A stretch of 33,943 nt of DNA from Hadesarchaea archaeon (GTDB lineage Archaea > Hadarchaeota > Hadarchaeia > Hadarchaeales > Hadarchaeaceae). The notes under the pieces are model-generated. The model did not search any database. It was not told the origin of the DNA and worked only from the letters and a program-made list of their open reading frames with translations. Location of the stretch: positions 1 to 33,943 of the forward strand of contig SOKQ01000031.1 in the NCBI GenBank assembly GCA_004375695.1. The letters are read 5' to 3'. A program made the translations under genes and the position numbers. Of the stretch, positions 1-9,496 are shown in pieces (within the stretch, counting starts at the first letter, position 1; each line of letters begins with the position of its first letter).

Positions 1-85
1 CACATCAGGCATGCAACCTAACCTGCGAAGAGGTAAGCAGTCCTTTTATTGGAAGTTCCTTAACTGATGTTGGTGCCCGAGGTCA

Positions 86-127
86 TTTGACCCCAAAAAC
101 CGGGTCAAAATCCCTGCCCCGGCGCCA
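86..127 (+). other. tRNA-Ser-like 3' fragment (T-loop to CCA) with adjacent inverted repeat; possible att site
   Basis: AAATCCCTG-CCCCGGC-G-CCA (108-127) matches a tRNA T-loop end, T-stem, acceptor stem, G discriminator and CCA. The 5' T-stem and loop are not canonical. TTTGACCC-N8-GGGTCAAA lies at 86-109. Confidence 0.45.
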
Positions 128-134
128 TCAGGAC

Positions 135-140
135 TTTTAA
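135..140 (+). promoter_or_regulatory. TATA box for tRNA-Thr
   Basis: TTTTAA ending 27 nt upstream of the mature tRNA 5' end. Confidence 0.5.
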
Positions 141-166
141 CGACATTGCCGTACAATATCTAGTGG

Positions 167-242
167 GCCGCCGTGGCTCAGCTGGTAGAGCGATCGCCTC
201 GTAAGCGATAGGTCGTGGGTTCGATCCCCACCGGCGGCTCCA
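167..242 (+). tRNA. tRNA-Thr (anticodon CGT), CCA encoded, no intron
   Basis: Acceptor stem GCCGCCG/CGGCGGC; D arm GCTC-AGCTGGTA-GAGC; anticodon arm ATCGC-CTCGTAA-GCGAT; T arm GTGGG-TTCGATC-CCCAC; discriminator T239; CCA 240-242. Confidence 0.97.
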
Positions 243-276
243 GAAGTATAAAAACAGAAGATTATACCCCAAGACT

Positions 277-1722
277 CTAAGATTGCTTTCTCTTTTTAAC
301 GAACACCACGGCTCCAATCCCTATGGCGACGATAATAACCGCAGCTGCGATCCACAAGATTGGAGGCTCTGAAACCTCGGTGAGTTCAATCGTTGCAGAG
401 CCACCCGTCGACCCGATATATGTGCTTCCTACGTATTTTTCATCAGAGGTCTTGAAGTAGATCGTTTGATTGGCGAGTTCGGAATTGTCTATTATAATTT
501 TCCCCTCGTTGTCCGTTGTGCCCAGATAGTTAGTTTCTTGGCCACTTGAAAGGCCGTAATAAATTTCGGTGTCGGTGAGTAGACTTCCGTCGGGCGCACA
601 GAAAGTTAAAGTGGCAAAATAAACGGTTGGTAACTTTCTACTAAACAAATAGACTTTACCAGCCCCTGCTGCTGCAATGTAATTACCATCGGAAGAAATT
701 GAAACTGTTTTTCTTTTAAAGAGATAAGTAGGGTCAATTTCATGACTCCAAAGCATGTCGCCCGACTTGTCAAAGAGGTAGATCTTGTTGTCGTTATTTT
801 GGGTAATTATATAGCTCCCATCTGAGGAAATTGATATCCATCTGATTGGGCCCCCCACCTGATGGACCCAGAGTGGAGCTTCGCCCGCGCGACGAGAGAA
901 TAGACCGACTTTGTTGTCCCCGCTCCCAACCGCGACGTATGAGCCATTTGAGGAAATCGCAACTAATATGGGGGGATATTCAAAATCATTATCGTTAAAG
1001 TTCTGAAGTGGCGCGCTACTTGAGGGTGAAAGCAAAGGGATAAAATTGCCGCCCCAGTGGAAGACGCATGAACCGTCCGAAGACATGGACAGGTTGTAAT
1101 ACAAAAATGTGTGCCTAGTAAGGTACTTGTAAATCGGAGTGTTGCTCGTGCGTGAAAACATGTAGAGACAACCATCTTCACTCCCTGCTGCCACGTAGTT
1201 TCCGTCTGACGATATGGCAACCCAAAAAACACCACCGCCTGTCTGGTAACTCCAGAGTGGCGAGTTGCCGGAGGTGTGGAACAAATAGACATTATTTTTA
1301 AGGTCCCCCGCTACGATATAGTTACCATCAGAAGAAATCGCAATTGATTCGGTCTGCCCCCCAGTTTCGTAAGACCATAGTGGAGTACTACTTGACCTAC
1401 TGAAGAGGTAAACCCTGTGATCACCAGAGCATGCAACCGCAATGTAATTGCCATCCGCAGAGATTGCCACCGCGCGAATAGTATAGTTATCATAAATCCA
1501 TAACGGGGTGTTATCCTCTTTAGAAAAGAGAGTAAGTACACCCGCAGTACTACCCGAAACTATGTAATTCCCATCAGATGAGATTGCTACCGATTCAATT
1601 TTATCGTCAGTCTCGTAGCTCCACAACGGCTGCTGTTCATCCGTTGCACCTGCTTGCGGCACCGAGCCAAGGTAGGAAAACACGAGCACGAAAACTAACC
1701 CACTGATAATTGCTCGTTTCAA
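277..1722 (-). CDS. Secreted WD40/PQQ-type beta-propeller surface protein with C-terminal membrane anchor
   Basis: N-terminal signal peptide; about 8 repeats of PLWSY...VAISSDGNYI; C-terminal hydrophobic helix plus KKRK; GGAGG upstream of the TTG start. Confidence 0.85.
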   Translation of the reverse strand: MKRAIISGLVFVLVFSYLGSVPQAGATDEQQPLWSYETDDKIESVAISSDGNYIVSGSTAGVLTLFSKEDNTPLWIYDNYTIRAVAISADGNYIAVACSGDHRVYLFSRSSSTPLWSYETGGQTESIAISSDGNYIVAGDLKNNVYLFHTSGNSPLWSYQTGGGVFWVAISSDGNYVAAGSEDGCLYMFSRTSNTPIYKYLTRHTFLYYNLSMSSDGSCVFHWGGNFIPLLSPSSSAPLQNFNDNDFEYPPILVAISSNGSYVAVGSGDNKVGLFSRRAGEAPLWVHQVGGPIRWISISSDGSYIITQNNDNKIYLFDKSGDMLWSHEIDPTYLFKRKTVSISSDGNYIAAAGAGKVYLFSRKLPTVYFATLTFCAPDGSLLTDTEIYYGLSSGQETNYLGTTDNEGKIIIDNSELANQTIYFKTSDEKYVGSTYIGSTGGSATIELTEVSEPPILWIAAAVIIVAIGIGAVVFVKKRKQS

Positions 1723-1870
1723 GTCTCAGCCTCCAACTTTCTATCTACGTTCCTTTATAAAAACCGGCTCGAGTCATGGCGTTGTTATCAAGGCGTAGGA
1801 TGTGGGCTCGTTTAAATGTCTGCTTTTATACTTTCATTCCGAAGCACACCGACGGCTCCACTTCGCTTGG

Positions 1871-2686
1871 TCAACTTGGGAATGCGGGCTCACACCTCAC
1901 CTCGAGTTCTCTGCATACCGATTCAACATTCGAGCTTACCCGACGCCAGTTTTCCGGATTTCGGGAGAGGCCAGAGTACCGTTTCACCAGTCCCGGAAGC
2001 TTTTTTTCAAGTACTGGCGTAAGTCTGTCGAGTACCCATCGCCTCAGGTTGAGCCGATCGTAGATGAGCCTGCTGTTCGTTCGTTTGGCAACTTCAACTA
2101 CTCGTCTGATGTTTTCTTCGCTATCGTTGATCTCCGAGATGATTGGCCCTAAAAAGATCCACGTTTTAACGCCTCGGGTCGAGAACTCTTCGAGCACTTG
2201 CGCACGTGCATCGGGTGGCGAAGCGTGAGGTTCAAGCGCGCCTGCTAGCTCAGTATTCATTGTCGTTATCGTTACCCCCACTTCAAAACCTCCGGGCTTG
2301 ATCACATCCTCGTCACGCAACACCAAGTTGGATTTTGTCTGGATGCATACATCGAAACCCTCCCGTGAAAGTAGTTCGATACATTTGCGAGTGAGCTCGA
2401 GTTTGGCTTCTATTAGTTGGTAAGGATCGCATATCGTGCTAACCCCAACCGTGCCGCGTGGTTTTTTCCGCAGCTCTTTCGCCAGCACCTCGACGATATT
2501 TTGCTTTGCTCGCACGAACTTTCCCCAATTCATCGCAATCCATTCGTCGCGGAGGGTTGAGGGCGAGTAACAATAGACGCAGCCGTGCTCGCAACCTAAG
2601 TACGGGTTCAACGAGTACTTTAGCCCCGGCAGCTTGCTGGGGGAAAGGGCGCTCTTGCATTTAATTGACGAATATTCAACGCTCAT
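1871..2686 (-). CDS. Radical SAM protein, SplB-like (DNA-repair associated)
   Basis: NPYLGCEHGCVYCY (CxxxCxxC), DPYQ and TKS motifs; 4-bp overlap with nre. Confidence 0.85.
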   Translation of the reverse strand: MSVEYSSIKCKSALSPSKLPGLKYSLNPYLGCEHGCVYCYSPSTLRDEWIAMNWGKFVRAKQNIVEVLAKELRKKPRGTVGVSTICDPYQLIEAKLELTRKCIELLSREGFDVCIQTKSNLVLRDEDVIKPGGFEVGVTITTMNTELAGALEPHASPPDARAQVLEEFSTRGVKTWIFLGPIISEINDSEENIRRVVEVAKRTNSRLIYDRLNLRRWVLDRLTPVLEKKLPGLVKRYSGLSRNPENWRRVSSNVESVCRELEVRCEPAFPS

Positions 2687-4011
2687 GCGGCGAACTCCGT
2701 GATCTTTTTCTGGAATAAAGTACGTTTTAACATCTCACTATTTTCGACCCACTTACGCAGCGGGATTGTAAGTTTCGTTTGCGCATGATTTAGGGCTGCT
2801 TGAAAGGTGTCGAACTTCTGCGGCTCGCTCTGCACCGTTTGCCGGACGGACTCACGCACATTCCAGACGCCCACGGGTAGGATGTAGCCGGGATGAATTT
2901 CTCGAAGCACCAGCGCCGAAGCTTGCCTCCGCTCCTGATTCAACCTCTCGGCAACCGCCAGCCTGCAAGCGTAGTAACACCCACCAACATCGGGGTAAGT
3001 TGTCCGGCCACGGTAGGGCTCGAAGTCCCCCATTATCGCGGGGGCGGCAGCACGCTCGTCAGGATTCCAAGTGGTGCCCGGGAACCAAGCCTCGATCCAT
3101 TCGAAGCTCCAGCGTTCAGGCATCAGGATTGCGACGAATCGATTGTCAAGGTGTTCGAAGGAGTAGACGCGATACTCGTCGATTGTATTGTGCTGCTTTA
3201 TTTGATTGATGAGTTCGAGCGATAGGATTGAGTCAACTGCTGTGATGCTCCAGCGGGTTGGGACGAGCTTCCTACGCTTTTGGAAGCCGAACATGCCCAA
3301 GCTGAAAGCTCGTTGGATGCGCGTGACCAAAACGTCATCTTCGTAGAGCTCGACGACCGCATCGGTCGCCTTAAAGTCGCGGTCGTAGAATGCGCGTTCT
3401 ATTCTGTGATCAACACTCACGTCTGAAGTTTTGAATGATATCAGAGGCGCAGAAGGACCGAAAGGTTGGGACTCTCCGCTCAGGGTTATCACCTTGTTAG
3501 GAACTCTCGTGAGCATGGCTTCAGCATCGACAGGCCGCTTCCCCATCGCCAGCTCCTGAAGCGTGTCAAGCAGCCTCCCGCCAGATTGGGCGTTGTACAC
3601 GCTTGTTCGTACCTTCCCACGAATTAGGGCGAAGCGATAATCGATTATGTCTTGAATACTTTTCCCAATCCATAGCTCGGGGGTGTCGAGGATTTCGGTG
3701 TCGCCTCGGTAGGGGGGCACCATGGGGCCAATGTAAACTTTGGGATAGCCTATGCGCCCGACGAACACCCCAGGGGGAGTCGAGCCTTGGATGCAGGGGG
3801 AGGTGATTTGCAGGCTCGATTTGGCGAGCGATTGCGCTTTGGCCACGATCGGGCATCTCAGCTTACCACAAAGCATCCGCCCGCCCTTGCACAGCAGGCA
3901 AAGAGAGCTCGAGGGGGCTCTGGCAACTTTGACATCTCTGAATGCAGCGAGTTCGCCAACTTGTTTGGTCGCGATGATGTCGCGAAGCCATTTAATATCA
4001 GTTGGCTGCAT
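2683..4011 (-). CDS. nreA: Nre family DNA repair protein (DUF650/DUF651)
   Basis: CxxCKG..LCG...CP, PPGVFVGRxGYPKV, RRKLVPTRWSITAVD and PVGVWNVRE motifs; C-terminal PIP-like QKKITEF. Confidence 0.9.
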   Translation of the reverse strand: MQPTDIKWLRDIIATKQVGELAAFRDVKVARAPSSSLCLLCKGGRMLCGKLRCPIVAKAQSLAKSSLQITSPCIQGSTPPGVFVGRIGYPKVYIGPMVPPYRGDTEILDTPELWIGKSIQDIIDYRFALIRGKVRTSVYNAQSGGRLLDTLQELAMGKRPVDAEAMLTRVPNKVITLSGESQPFGPSAPLISFKTSDVSVDHRIERAFYDRDFKATDAVVELYEDDVLVTRIQRAFSLGMFGFQKRRKLVPTRWSITAVDSILSLELINQIKQHNTIDEYRVYSFEHLDNRFVAILMPERWSFEWIEAWFPGTTWNPDERAAAPAIMGDFEPYRGRTTYPDVGGCYYACRLAVAERLNQERRQASALVLREIHPGYILPVGVWNVRESVRQTVQSEPQKFDTFQAALNHAQTKLTIPLRKWVENSEMLKRTLFQKKITEFAA

Positions 4012-4060
4012 ACTATACCCATTATATTTGGCGTGTTGACCAATAAATGGTGGAAGTTGT

Positions 4061-5065
4061 TTGAGATTTTACGATTTCGAATCGGCGCGGGTCAAGCGAT
4101 TTCTGAAACAGCACAGGGCGAGACGAGCGGCGATTCAACTCCCTGCGGGGTTGAGGGAACACCTACGAGAAATCGTGGAACCTTTTGCTAAAATGGGTGT
4201 GGAGACACTCGTGTTGGCGGACAGCTGTTATGGCGCCTGCGATTTGGCCGATGAAAAGGCAAAGCAACTTGGGGGTGATGTTCTGGTTCACTACGGACAT
4301 GCGGACATGGGGGTGTCCGCCTGCTTGCCAACTCTCTACATCGAGGCACGCATGTCGGTTGATCCTCGCGGGGTGGTTGAGCGAGTACTACCCGAGTTGA
4401 AGTTCAAGCGCGTGGGGCTACTCACCACCGTTCAACACATTGCCCACCTGCAGGATGTAGCGAAACTCCTCCGTTCAAGCGGAATCAAACCGTTTATCGG
4501 CAGGCCTGGACCGAGGGCGAAGTATCCCGGACAACTTCTGGGCTGTGATTTCGGCTGTGCCCGCTCGGTCGCCGCCCGCGTAGACGGTTTTCTTTACATC
4601 GGCACGGGTGAGTTTCACCCGCTGGGTGCAGCGCTCGCGACTGGCAAGCAGGTTTTAGCCGTAAACCCAATTTCGGAGGGCTTCAAAATGCTCTCCCCGG
4701 ATATCGGCGCTTTTTTGCGGGCGAGAAAGGCGATGGTTGCTCGAGCTACAGCGGGAGAGCGGTTCGGCATCATTGTGAGTACAAAGCCCGGGCAGGCCCG
4801 CTTCAAGCTAGCGGAGAAGATATTTAAGGATCTCAAGCGTGCCGGCAAGGTTGCGCACGTACTCGCGGTCGACGAAGTGCGGCCGGAGGAGCTGGGTGAT
4901 TTTGGGTTCGATGGGTTCATCTGCGCCGCCTGCCCGCGCATGCCCATTGATGATGCGGAACGATTCGAGCGACCGATTCTGACCCCCTTTGAGGCGCGGG
5001 TCATGCTGGGGAAGGCAAAGTTCGAGCCATACAGGATGGATGAGGTTAATAGGAAAGAGTTTTGA
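4061..5065 (+). CDS. dph2: Diphthamide biosynthesis enzyme Dph2
   Basis: CYGACDL, VHYGH, GQLLGCDF and ACPR motifs (three Fe-S cysteines). Confidence 0.93.
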   Translation: MRFYDFESARVKRFLKQHRARRAAIQLPAGLREHLREIVEPFAKMGVETLVLADSCYGACDLADEKAKQLGGDVLVHYGHADMGVSACLPTLYIEARMSVDPRGVVERVLPELKFKRVGLLTTVQHIAHLQDVAKLLRSSGIKPFIGRPGPRAKYPGQLLGCDFGCARSVAARVDGFLYIGTGEFHPLGAALATGKQVLAVNPISEGFKMLSPDIGAFLRARKAMVARATAGERFGIIVSTKPGQARFKLAEKIFKDLKRAGKVAHVLAVDEVRPEELGDFGFDGFICAACPRMPIDDAERFERPILTPFEARVMLGKAKFEPYRMDEVNRKEF

Positions 5066-5121
5066 TGTACTTTTATGTAAGAAGATTTAAGCTCGGATAG
5101 ATTAATTGAGGTGGGATTGAT

Positions 5122-5700
5122 ATGGCAGAAATAAAAACAGGAGATTTCGTTGTTCCGGGGGACTTCCTCGCGACCGCAGAGGAGTTCGTCCCTGGTGATG
5201 GAGCATACGAAGAGGGTGGCGAGATATATTCCTCTTGTACTGGCGTGGTGCTAGTCGATGTTCAAACCAAGCGCATCTCGGTGTTGTCCCGTGCCTCGGG
5301 GCCACCAAAGTTAAAGCTCGACGACACAGTAGTCGGGCGGGTCGAAGATGTAAGAGACCAGAGCGCGAACGTTTACATAGGAGTTCTCAGGGGGCACGAG
5401 AATCGGGAGCTCCCCCTTCCGAATATGGGCACCGTTCACATTTCGCAGGTTCGCGCTGGTTACGCCAAGGAGATGCGCGGTCAGTTTAAGCCCGGCGACA
5501 TCATCCGCGCGCGGGTTCTGAACGCGCGCAGGGCACCCGTCCAGCTTTCGACGGCTGGAGATGACCTAGGGGTAATCGTTGCAGCTTGTTCGCGCTGCCG
5601 TGCGCCGCTCGAGCGAGAGGATTCCAAGCTTCGGTGCTTGGAGTGTGGCAATGTAGAGGTTAGGAAGCTCGCGAGCGATTACCGCCAAGGAGCCCTCTGA
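5122..5700 (+). CDS. csl4: Exosome RNA-binding subunit Csl4
   Basis: FVVPGD...EEFVPG N-terminus, S1 domain, C-terminal Zn ribbon ending RKLA. Confidence 0.93.
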   Translation: MAEIKTGDFVVPGDFLATAEEFVPGDGAYEEGGEIYSSCTGVVLVDVQTKRISVLSRASGPPKLKLDDTVVGRVEDVRDQSANVYIGVLRGHENRELPLPNMGTVHISQVRAGYAKEMRGQFKPGDIIRARVLNARRAPVQLSTAGDDLGVIVAACSRCRAPLEREDSKLRCLECGNVEVRKLASDYRQGAL

Positions 5701-5909
5701 TGCAAAAACAAAAGCGAACCATCAACGTGCAGGTGAAGGACACCTCTCAGCTTATCGCGTTAATGGAGGCGCTCGGAAAGTTGAAAGTGGATTTAGTCGC
5801 GGAGTCGCGTCCCAGAATGGTCAAGATAGAGGTGTTTGGCTCGAAGGAGGAGGCCCGCGGGCTGGAGCACAAGATAAAGGAGTTCCTCAAAACCCCGCAA
5901 TCCTCATAA
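5700..5909 (+). CDS. Small hypothetical protein (possibly DUF2067-like)
   Basis: Coupled to csl4 by a TGATG overlap; occupies the csl4-rpoL slot; 69 aa alpha/beta pattern. Confidence 0.6.
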   Translation: MQKQKRTINVQVKDTSQLIALMEALGKLKVDLVAESRPRMVKIEVFGSKEEARGLEHKIKEFLKTPQSS

Positions 5910-5940
5910 GTCGATGGGATAAATTAAGTAAGGGATAACC

Positions 5941-6222
5941 GTGGAGCTTGAGCTTATTGAAAAGGGCGAGGGATCTTTGCTGATAAAGGTGAGAGGAGAA
6001 GATCATACCCTCTGCAACCTCTTGCGCAAAACCCTGCACAGCGACAAACACGTTGTTACGGCATCCTATGTGATCGAACACCCCCTCGTGGAACCCCCCA
6101 AGCTCTATGTGAAGACAAAAAAAGGAAAGACGCCCGAGCGCGCCCTCATGGATGCGGCTGGGCAAGTAGCGGGACAGTTGAAGGAACTACAGAAGCAGCT
6201 GCAGCGAGAGCTCAAGAAATAG
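5941..6222 (+). CDS. rpoL: RNA polymerase subunit L (Rpo11)
   Basis: GEDHTLCNLL and YVIEHPL motifs. Confidence 0.95.
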   Translation: MELELIEKGEGSLLIKVRGEDHTLCNLLRKTLHSDKHVVTASYVIEHPLVEPPKLYVKTKKGKTPERALMDAAGQVAGQLKELQKQLQRELKK

Positions 6223-6251
6223 TCACGGAGCGCTCCTCGCGGAGGCTTGAG

Positions 6252-6857
6252 TTGCAGAAAGTCAAATTTTGGCAGATAAAGCCAGAGATAAGGATTCTCG
6301 GTATAGACGATGGACCATTTGAGAAACGTGCGAAGGGAACAGTTCCGCTCGTAGGAACGGTCTTCAGGGGAGGGCAATGGTTAGATGGAGTTCTGAGCAC
6401 CACAATCGAGCAGGACGGTACCGATGTGACCGAGCGCGTGGTCGAGATGATCAACCGAAGTCGGCACCGAGGGCAGCTCAGAATAGTGATGGCGGACGGA
6501 GTTACTTTTGCCGGCTTTAATGTGCTCGACGTCAAGAAGGTATTCGAGCAAACAGGCCTGCCGATTATCATCGTCTCCAGGGAGTTGCCGAACATGGCGG
6601 ATGTCAGAAAAGCGATCAAGCATCTCCCCAACTGGCGCGAGCGGTGGAAGATAATTAAAAGTTCTGGCAAGATTTATCCGGTGAGGACTAAACCCCGAGC
6701 GGGGCCTGTCTACATGCAGTTTGTCGGCATGGGGCGTGCAGATGCTGAACAGGTGGTAAAATTAAGTTCGACGCGCAGTCTAATCCCGGAGCCGTTAAGG
6801 GTCGCGCACTTGATTGCCACGGCCATGGTGCGAGGCGAGAGTTACGGGAGGGCCTAG
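6252..6857 (+). CDS. DUF99/UPF0215 endonuclease V-like protein
   Basis: RILGIDDGPF, DGVTFAGFNV and PEPLRVAHLIA motifs. Confidence 0.9.
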   Translation: MQKVKFWQIKPEIRILGIDDGPFEKRAKGTVPLVGTVFRGGQWLDGVLSTTIEQDGTDVTERVVEMINRSRHRGQLRIVMADGVTFAGFNVLDVKKVFEQTGLPIIIVSRELPNMADVRKAIKHLPNWRERWKIIKSSGKIYPVRTKPRAGPVYMQFVGMGRADAEQVVKLSSTRSLIPEPLRVAHLIATAMVRGESYGRA

Positions 6858-6858
6858 C

Positions 6859-7413
6859 TTGGCGAGAAAAAAATCATGGAAGAAGTTGCGCGCGAGTAAG
6901 AAGTTTGTAATGAACATATTTGGCCGTAAGATCGTCAAAGAAGTGCTGGAATTTCTCTTGATCTTAGCTATCCTCTATTTTGGTGTGAGTGGTGTTCTGG
7001 CCCTGGCCCTGCGCACCGACACGTACTGGATGGCGGTCGTATCCAACAGCATGAGGCATGACGATGAGAGCTGGAGGGAATATTTTGAGACACGTGGTTA
7101 TGCTTCCTCCCAATTTTCAATTCAAGGCGGGTTCGAGCGCGGGGACATGCTCATTATTCAGGGAGTGGGGTCCGTCACGGAAATAGCGGTCGGAGAAGTC
7201 ATAATGTTTAATATCAATCGACCAATGCCGCTCGTCCACCGCGTCGTAGACATAAGTAACGAAAATGGGGTGGCGCGAGTACAGACGAAGGGGGATGGCA
7301 ACAGTGGAATTTTATCCGTGGAAAAGTCAATAAAACCCGAGCAAATCAGGGGTAAGGTAATTTTTGTAATCCCGAAGCTCGGCTATCTGTCGCTTTGGTT
7401 CCAGGGAAGTTGA
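6859..7413 (+). CDS. Signal peptidase I (Sec11/S26B type)
   Basis: TM helix then VVSNSM, RGD, VHRV and TKGD; start uncertain (TTG 6859 or ATG 6910). Confidence 0.88.
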   Translation: MARKKSWKKLRASKKFVMNIFGRKIVKEVLEFLLILAILYFGVSGVLALALRTDTYWMAVVSNSMRHDDESWREYFETRGYASSQFSIQGGFERGDMLIIQGVGSVTEIAVGEVIMFNINRPMPLVHRVVDISNENGVARVQTKGDGNSGILSVEKSIKPEQIRGKVIFVIPKLGYLSLWFQGS

Positions 7414-7417
7414 TAGT

Positions 7418-7810
7418 ATGGAGCGGTGCCCCATGCTCGCAGTCGATGTGGTCATTCGAACTCCAAATGGCGTGGTGCTGATCAAGCGAAAGAATGAACC
7501 GTATAAGGGGAAGTGGGCGATACCAGGCGGGTTCGTGCGTTATGGCGAAAGAGTTGAAGATGCGGCGGCACGCGAGGTGAACGAGGAAACAGGTTTAAGA
7601 GTCAAGCTGGGGAATCTTGTGGGCGTTTACTCAGACCCAAAGCGAGATCCGCGGGGGCATGTTGTCAGCGTATGTTTTTCGGCAGAACGGGCGGGTGGCA
7701 GGTTAAAAGCAAGCAGCGATGCTCAAGATATAAAAATTTTCAAGCACATTCCTTGGCGGGAGCTGGCGTTCGATCATGCACGGATTTTAAAGGACGCAGG
7801 GTTTAAGTGA
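7418..7810 (+). CDS. Nudix hydrolase (ADP-ribose pyrophosphatase/MutT-like)
   Basis: Nudix box GGFVRYGERVEDAAAREVNEETGL; RDPRGH; LAFDH. Confidence 0.92.
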   Translation: MERCPMLAVDVVIRTPNGVVLIKRKNEPYKGKWAIPGGFVRYGERVEDAAAREVNEETGLRVKLGNLVGVYSDPKRDPRGHVVSVCFSAERAGGRLKASSDAQDIKIFKHIPWRELAFDHARILKDAGFK

Positions 7811-7814
7811 GTGC

Positions 7815-8141
7815 ATGCAATTCTGTCCGAAGTGCGGGGCCCTGATGCTACCAAAGCAGATCGAGGATAGGCCAATTCTAGTTTGCAATACCTGTGGCCA
7901 TGCTACAAAGACAGCAAAATTGGAAGAATACAAAATCGTCAAACCAGCCAAGCAGAAGGAGATGATAGCAGTGATAGAAAAGGGAGCGAAGCCAGCGCTA
8001 CCGACCGCTAGAACCAAATGCCCTAAATGCGGACACGGCGAAGCCTATTGGTGGCTGCGACAGACACGCGCAGCAGACGAAGCGACTACACGGTTCTACC
8101 GTTGCGCAAAGTGCGGCCACACTTGGAGAGAATACACATAG
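7815..8141 (+). CDS. tfs: Transcription factor S (TFS)
   Basis: Two Zn ribbons; QTRAADE acidic hairpin; WREY end. Confidence 0.93.
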   Translation: MQFCPKCGALMLPKQIEDRPILVCNTCGHATKTAKLEEYKIVKPAKQKEMIAVIEKGAKPALPTARTKCPKCGHGEAYWWLRQTRAADEATTRFYRCAKCGHTWREYT

Positions 8142-8173
8142 CATTAGATGAGATTAAAAAGTAAAAGAGAGAT

Positions 8174-8551
8174 ATGACAAAAGGATGGGGCCCGAGCATG
8201 GAAGAACTTCGACCGCGCAGAAACCCGGCACGCAGCAGAAAAATCTCCGAGATAAAAATAGGCGATGAGCAGGTGAGGTTAGTCGGGCTGGTCGTTGATA
8301 AGAGGGAGACAGAATTTGTGCTTGACGATGGCTCAGGTCGCCTCACCGTGGTTTTCGATGACCTCGCGGTAGTTGAGGGTGTAGAGATAGGCTCGAGAAT
8401 CAGGGTGTTCGGAACGCCGCTGAACGTCGCTGGCGCCCACGAACTGCGGGCTGAGATCGTGCAGAACATGAAGGGGTTGGACCTGGAATTGTATGATGAG
8501 GTCAGACGTGAAGTTAAAAAATTGGAGAAAGAACTCGAGGAGGGTGGATGA
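8174..8551 (+). CDS. Small OB-fold protein, RPA14/RPA3-like subunit
   Basis: VRLVGLVVD...LDDGSG...IRVFG OB-fold pattern with a C-terminal helix; start may be 8198. Confidence 0.75.
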   Translation: MTKGWGPSMEELRPRRNPARSRKISEIKIGDEQVRLVGLVVDKRETEFVLDDGSGRLTVVFDDLAVVEGVEIGSRIRVFGTPLNVAGAHELRAEIVQNMKGLDLELYDEVRREVKKLEKELEEGG

Positions 8552-8552
8552 A

Positions 8553-9308
8553 ATGGTAAGTGTCAGGATGGCGGATTCGAAGATTTGGAAAACATGCGTG
8601 GGTGCGATGGTGAACCTCATCGACGAGGCGGCATTCAAGTTCACCCCCGAGGGCATCAAGATGAAGGCGATGGACCCCTCGCACGTTGCGCTGTTGGATT
8701 TCGAATTGCCGGCTTCGGTATTCGAGGAGTACAAGGTCAAGCAACCAACGACTTTGGGCATAGGCCTCATCGAGATGAACAAGATTCTGGCACGTGCCAA
8801 GGCCGAGGACGAGCTGACCCTCGAGCTCGATGAGGAGAAAAATCGTTTGGCCCTCACATTCAAGGGTGTATCGACGAGGCGCCTCAGCTTGCCGCTCATA
8901 GATGTGCGCGAAGCGGAGTTGCCCGAGCCAAAGCTTCAGTTCACCGCGACGGCTGATGTGGTGGCGGGGGTGATTCAGGATGGATTGAAGGACGCAGAGA
9001 TCGTGGGGGACAATGTGAAATTCGAATTGAGCGAGGACGGATTTTTCCTTTCTGCTGAGAGCGATAAGGGCACCTCTGAACTTAAACTGCGCAAGGGAGA
9101 CCAAGGGCTGCTGAAGCTCAGCGTCAAGCAACCGGCGCATGCGATGTTCAACATAAAATACCTTAGTGATATGACGAAGGCAGCGGGATCGTCGGAAGTC
9201 ATCACCATCAACTTGGGCACGGACTTGCCGATTCGGCTGGATTTACCAGTCGCCGAGGGCAAGGGCAAGCTGCGGTTCTTGTTGGCCCCAAGGATTGAGG
9301 CGGAGTGA
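8553..9308 (+). CDS. pcn: PCNA sliding clamp
   Basis: AMDPSHVAL and FLLAPRIE motifs; start set to ATG 8553 after GGAGGGTG. Confidence 0.96.
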   Translation: MVSVRMADSKIWKTCVGAMVNLIDEAAFKFTPEGIKMKAMDPSHVALLDFELPASVFEEYKVKQPTTLGIGLIEMNKILARAKAEDELTLELDEEKNRLALTFKGVSTRRLSLPLIDVREAELPEPKLQFTATADVVAGVIQDGLKDAEIVGDNVKFELSEDGFFLSAESDKGTSELKLRKGDQGLLKLSVKQPAHAMFNIKYLSDMTKAAGSSEVITINLGTDLPIRLDLPVAEGKGKLRFLLAPRIEAE

Positions 9309-9318
9309 TTTTACGTGG

Positions 9319-9471
9319 ATGGAAGGTGTGTTAAAGGGAAAAATATCAAAAAGTTTTTGTGAGTATTCTAAAATCGGAACTGGAATTAGAGAGAAGCCGA
9401 TAAAGCTGGCGCAGTATTTGAGAGGAGAAAAAGAATTAGAACCAATTCGCCCCGAGATGCAGCTGACATAA
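9319..9471 (+). pseudogene. 50-aa ORF resembling a Cas1 C-terminal fragment
   Basis: Own translation MEGVLKGKISKSFCEYSKIGTGIREKPIKLAQYLRGEKELEPIRPEMQLT; LAQYLRGE...P resembles the Cas1 terminal helix. Confidence 0.3.
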
Positions 9472-9496
9472 GTTGTAATTTGTACGAGGTGAGTAA

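Noticed and set aside
1-127. Intron-containing tRNA or tRNA-Sec at the window start
   Set aside because: ACATCAG/CTGATGT pairing and a variable-arm-like hairpin exist, but the BHB geometry and T arm do not fit and the 5' part is outside the window.
277-1722. Beta-propeller gene as an island integrated at tRNA-Thr
   Set aside because: No duplicated tRNA-Thr 3' end or integrase was seen downstream; the internal repeats are ordinary propeller blades.
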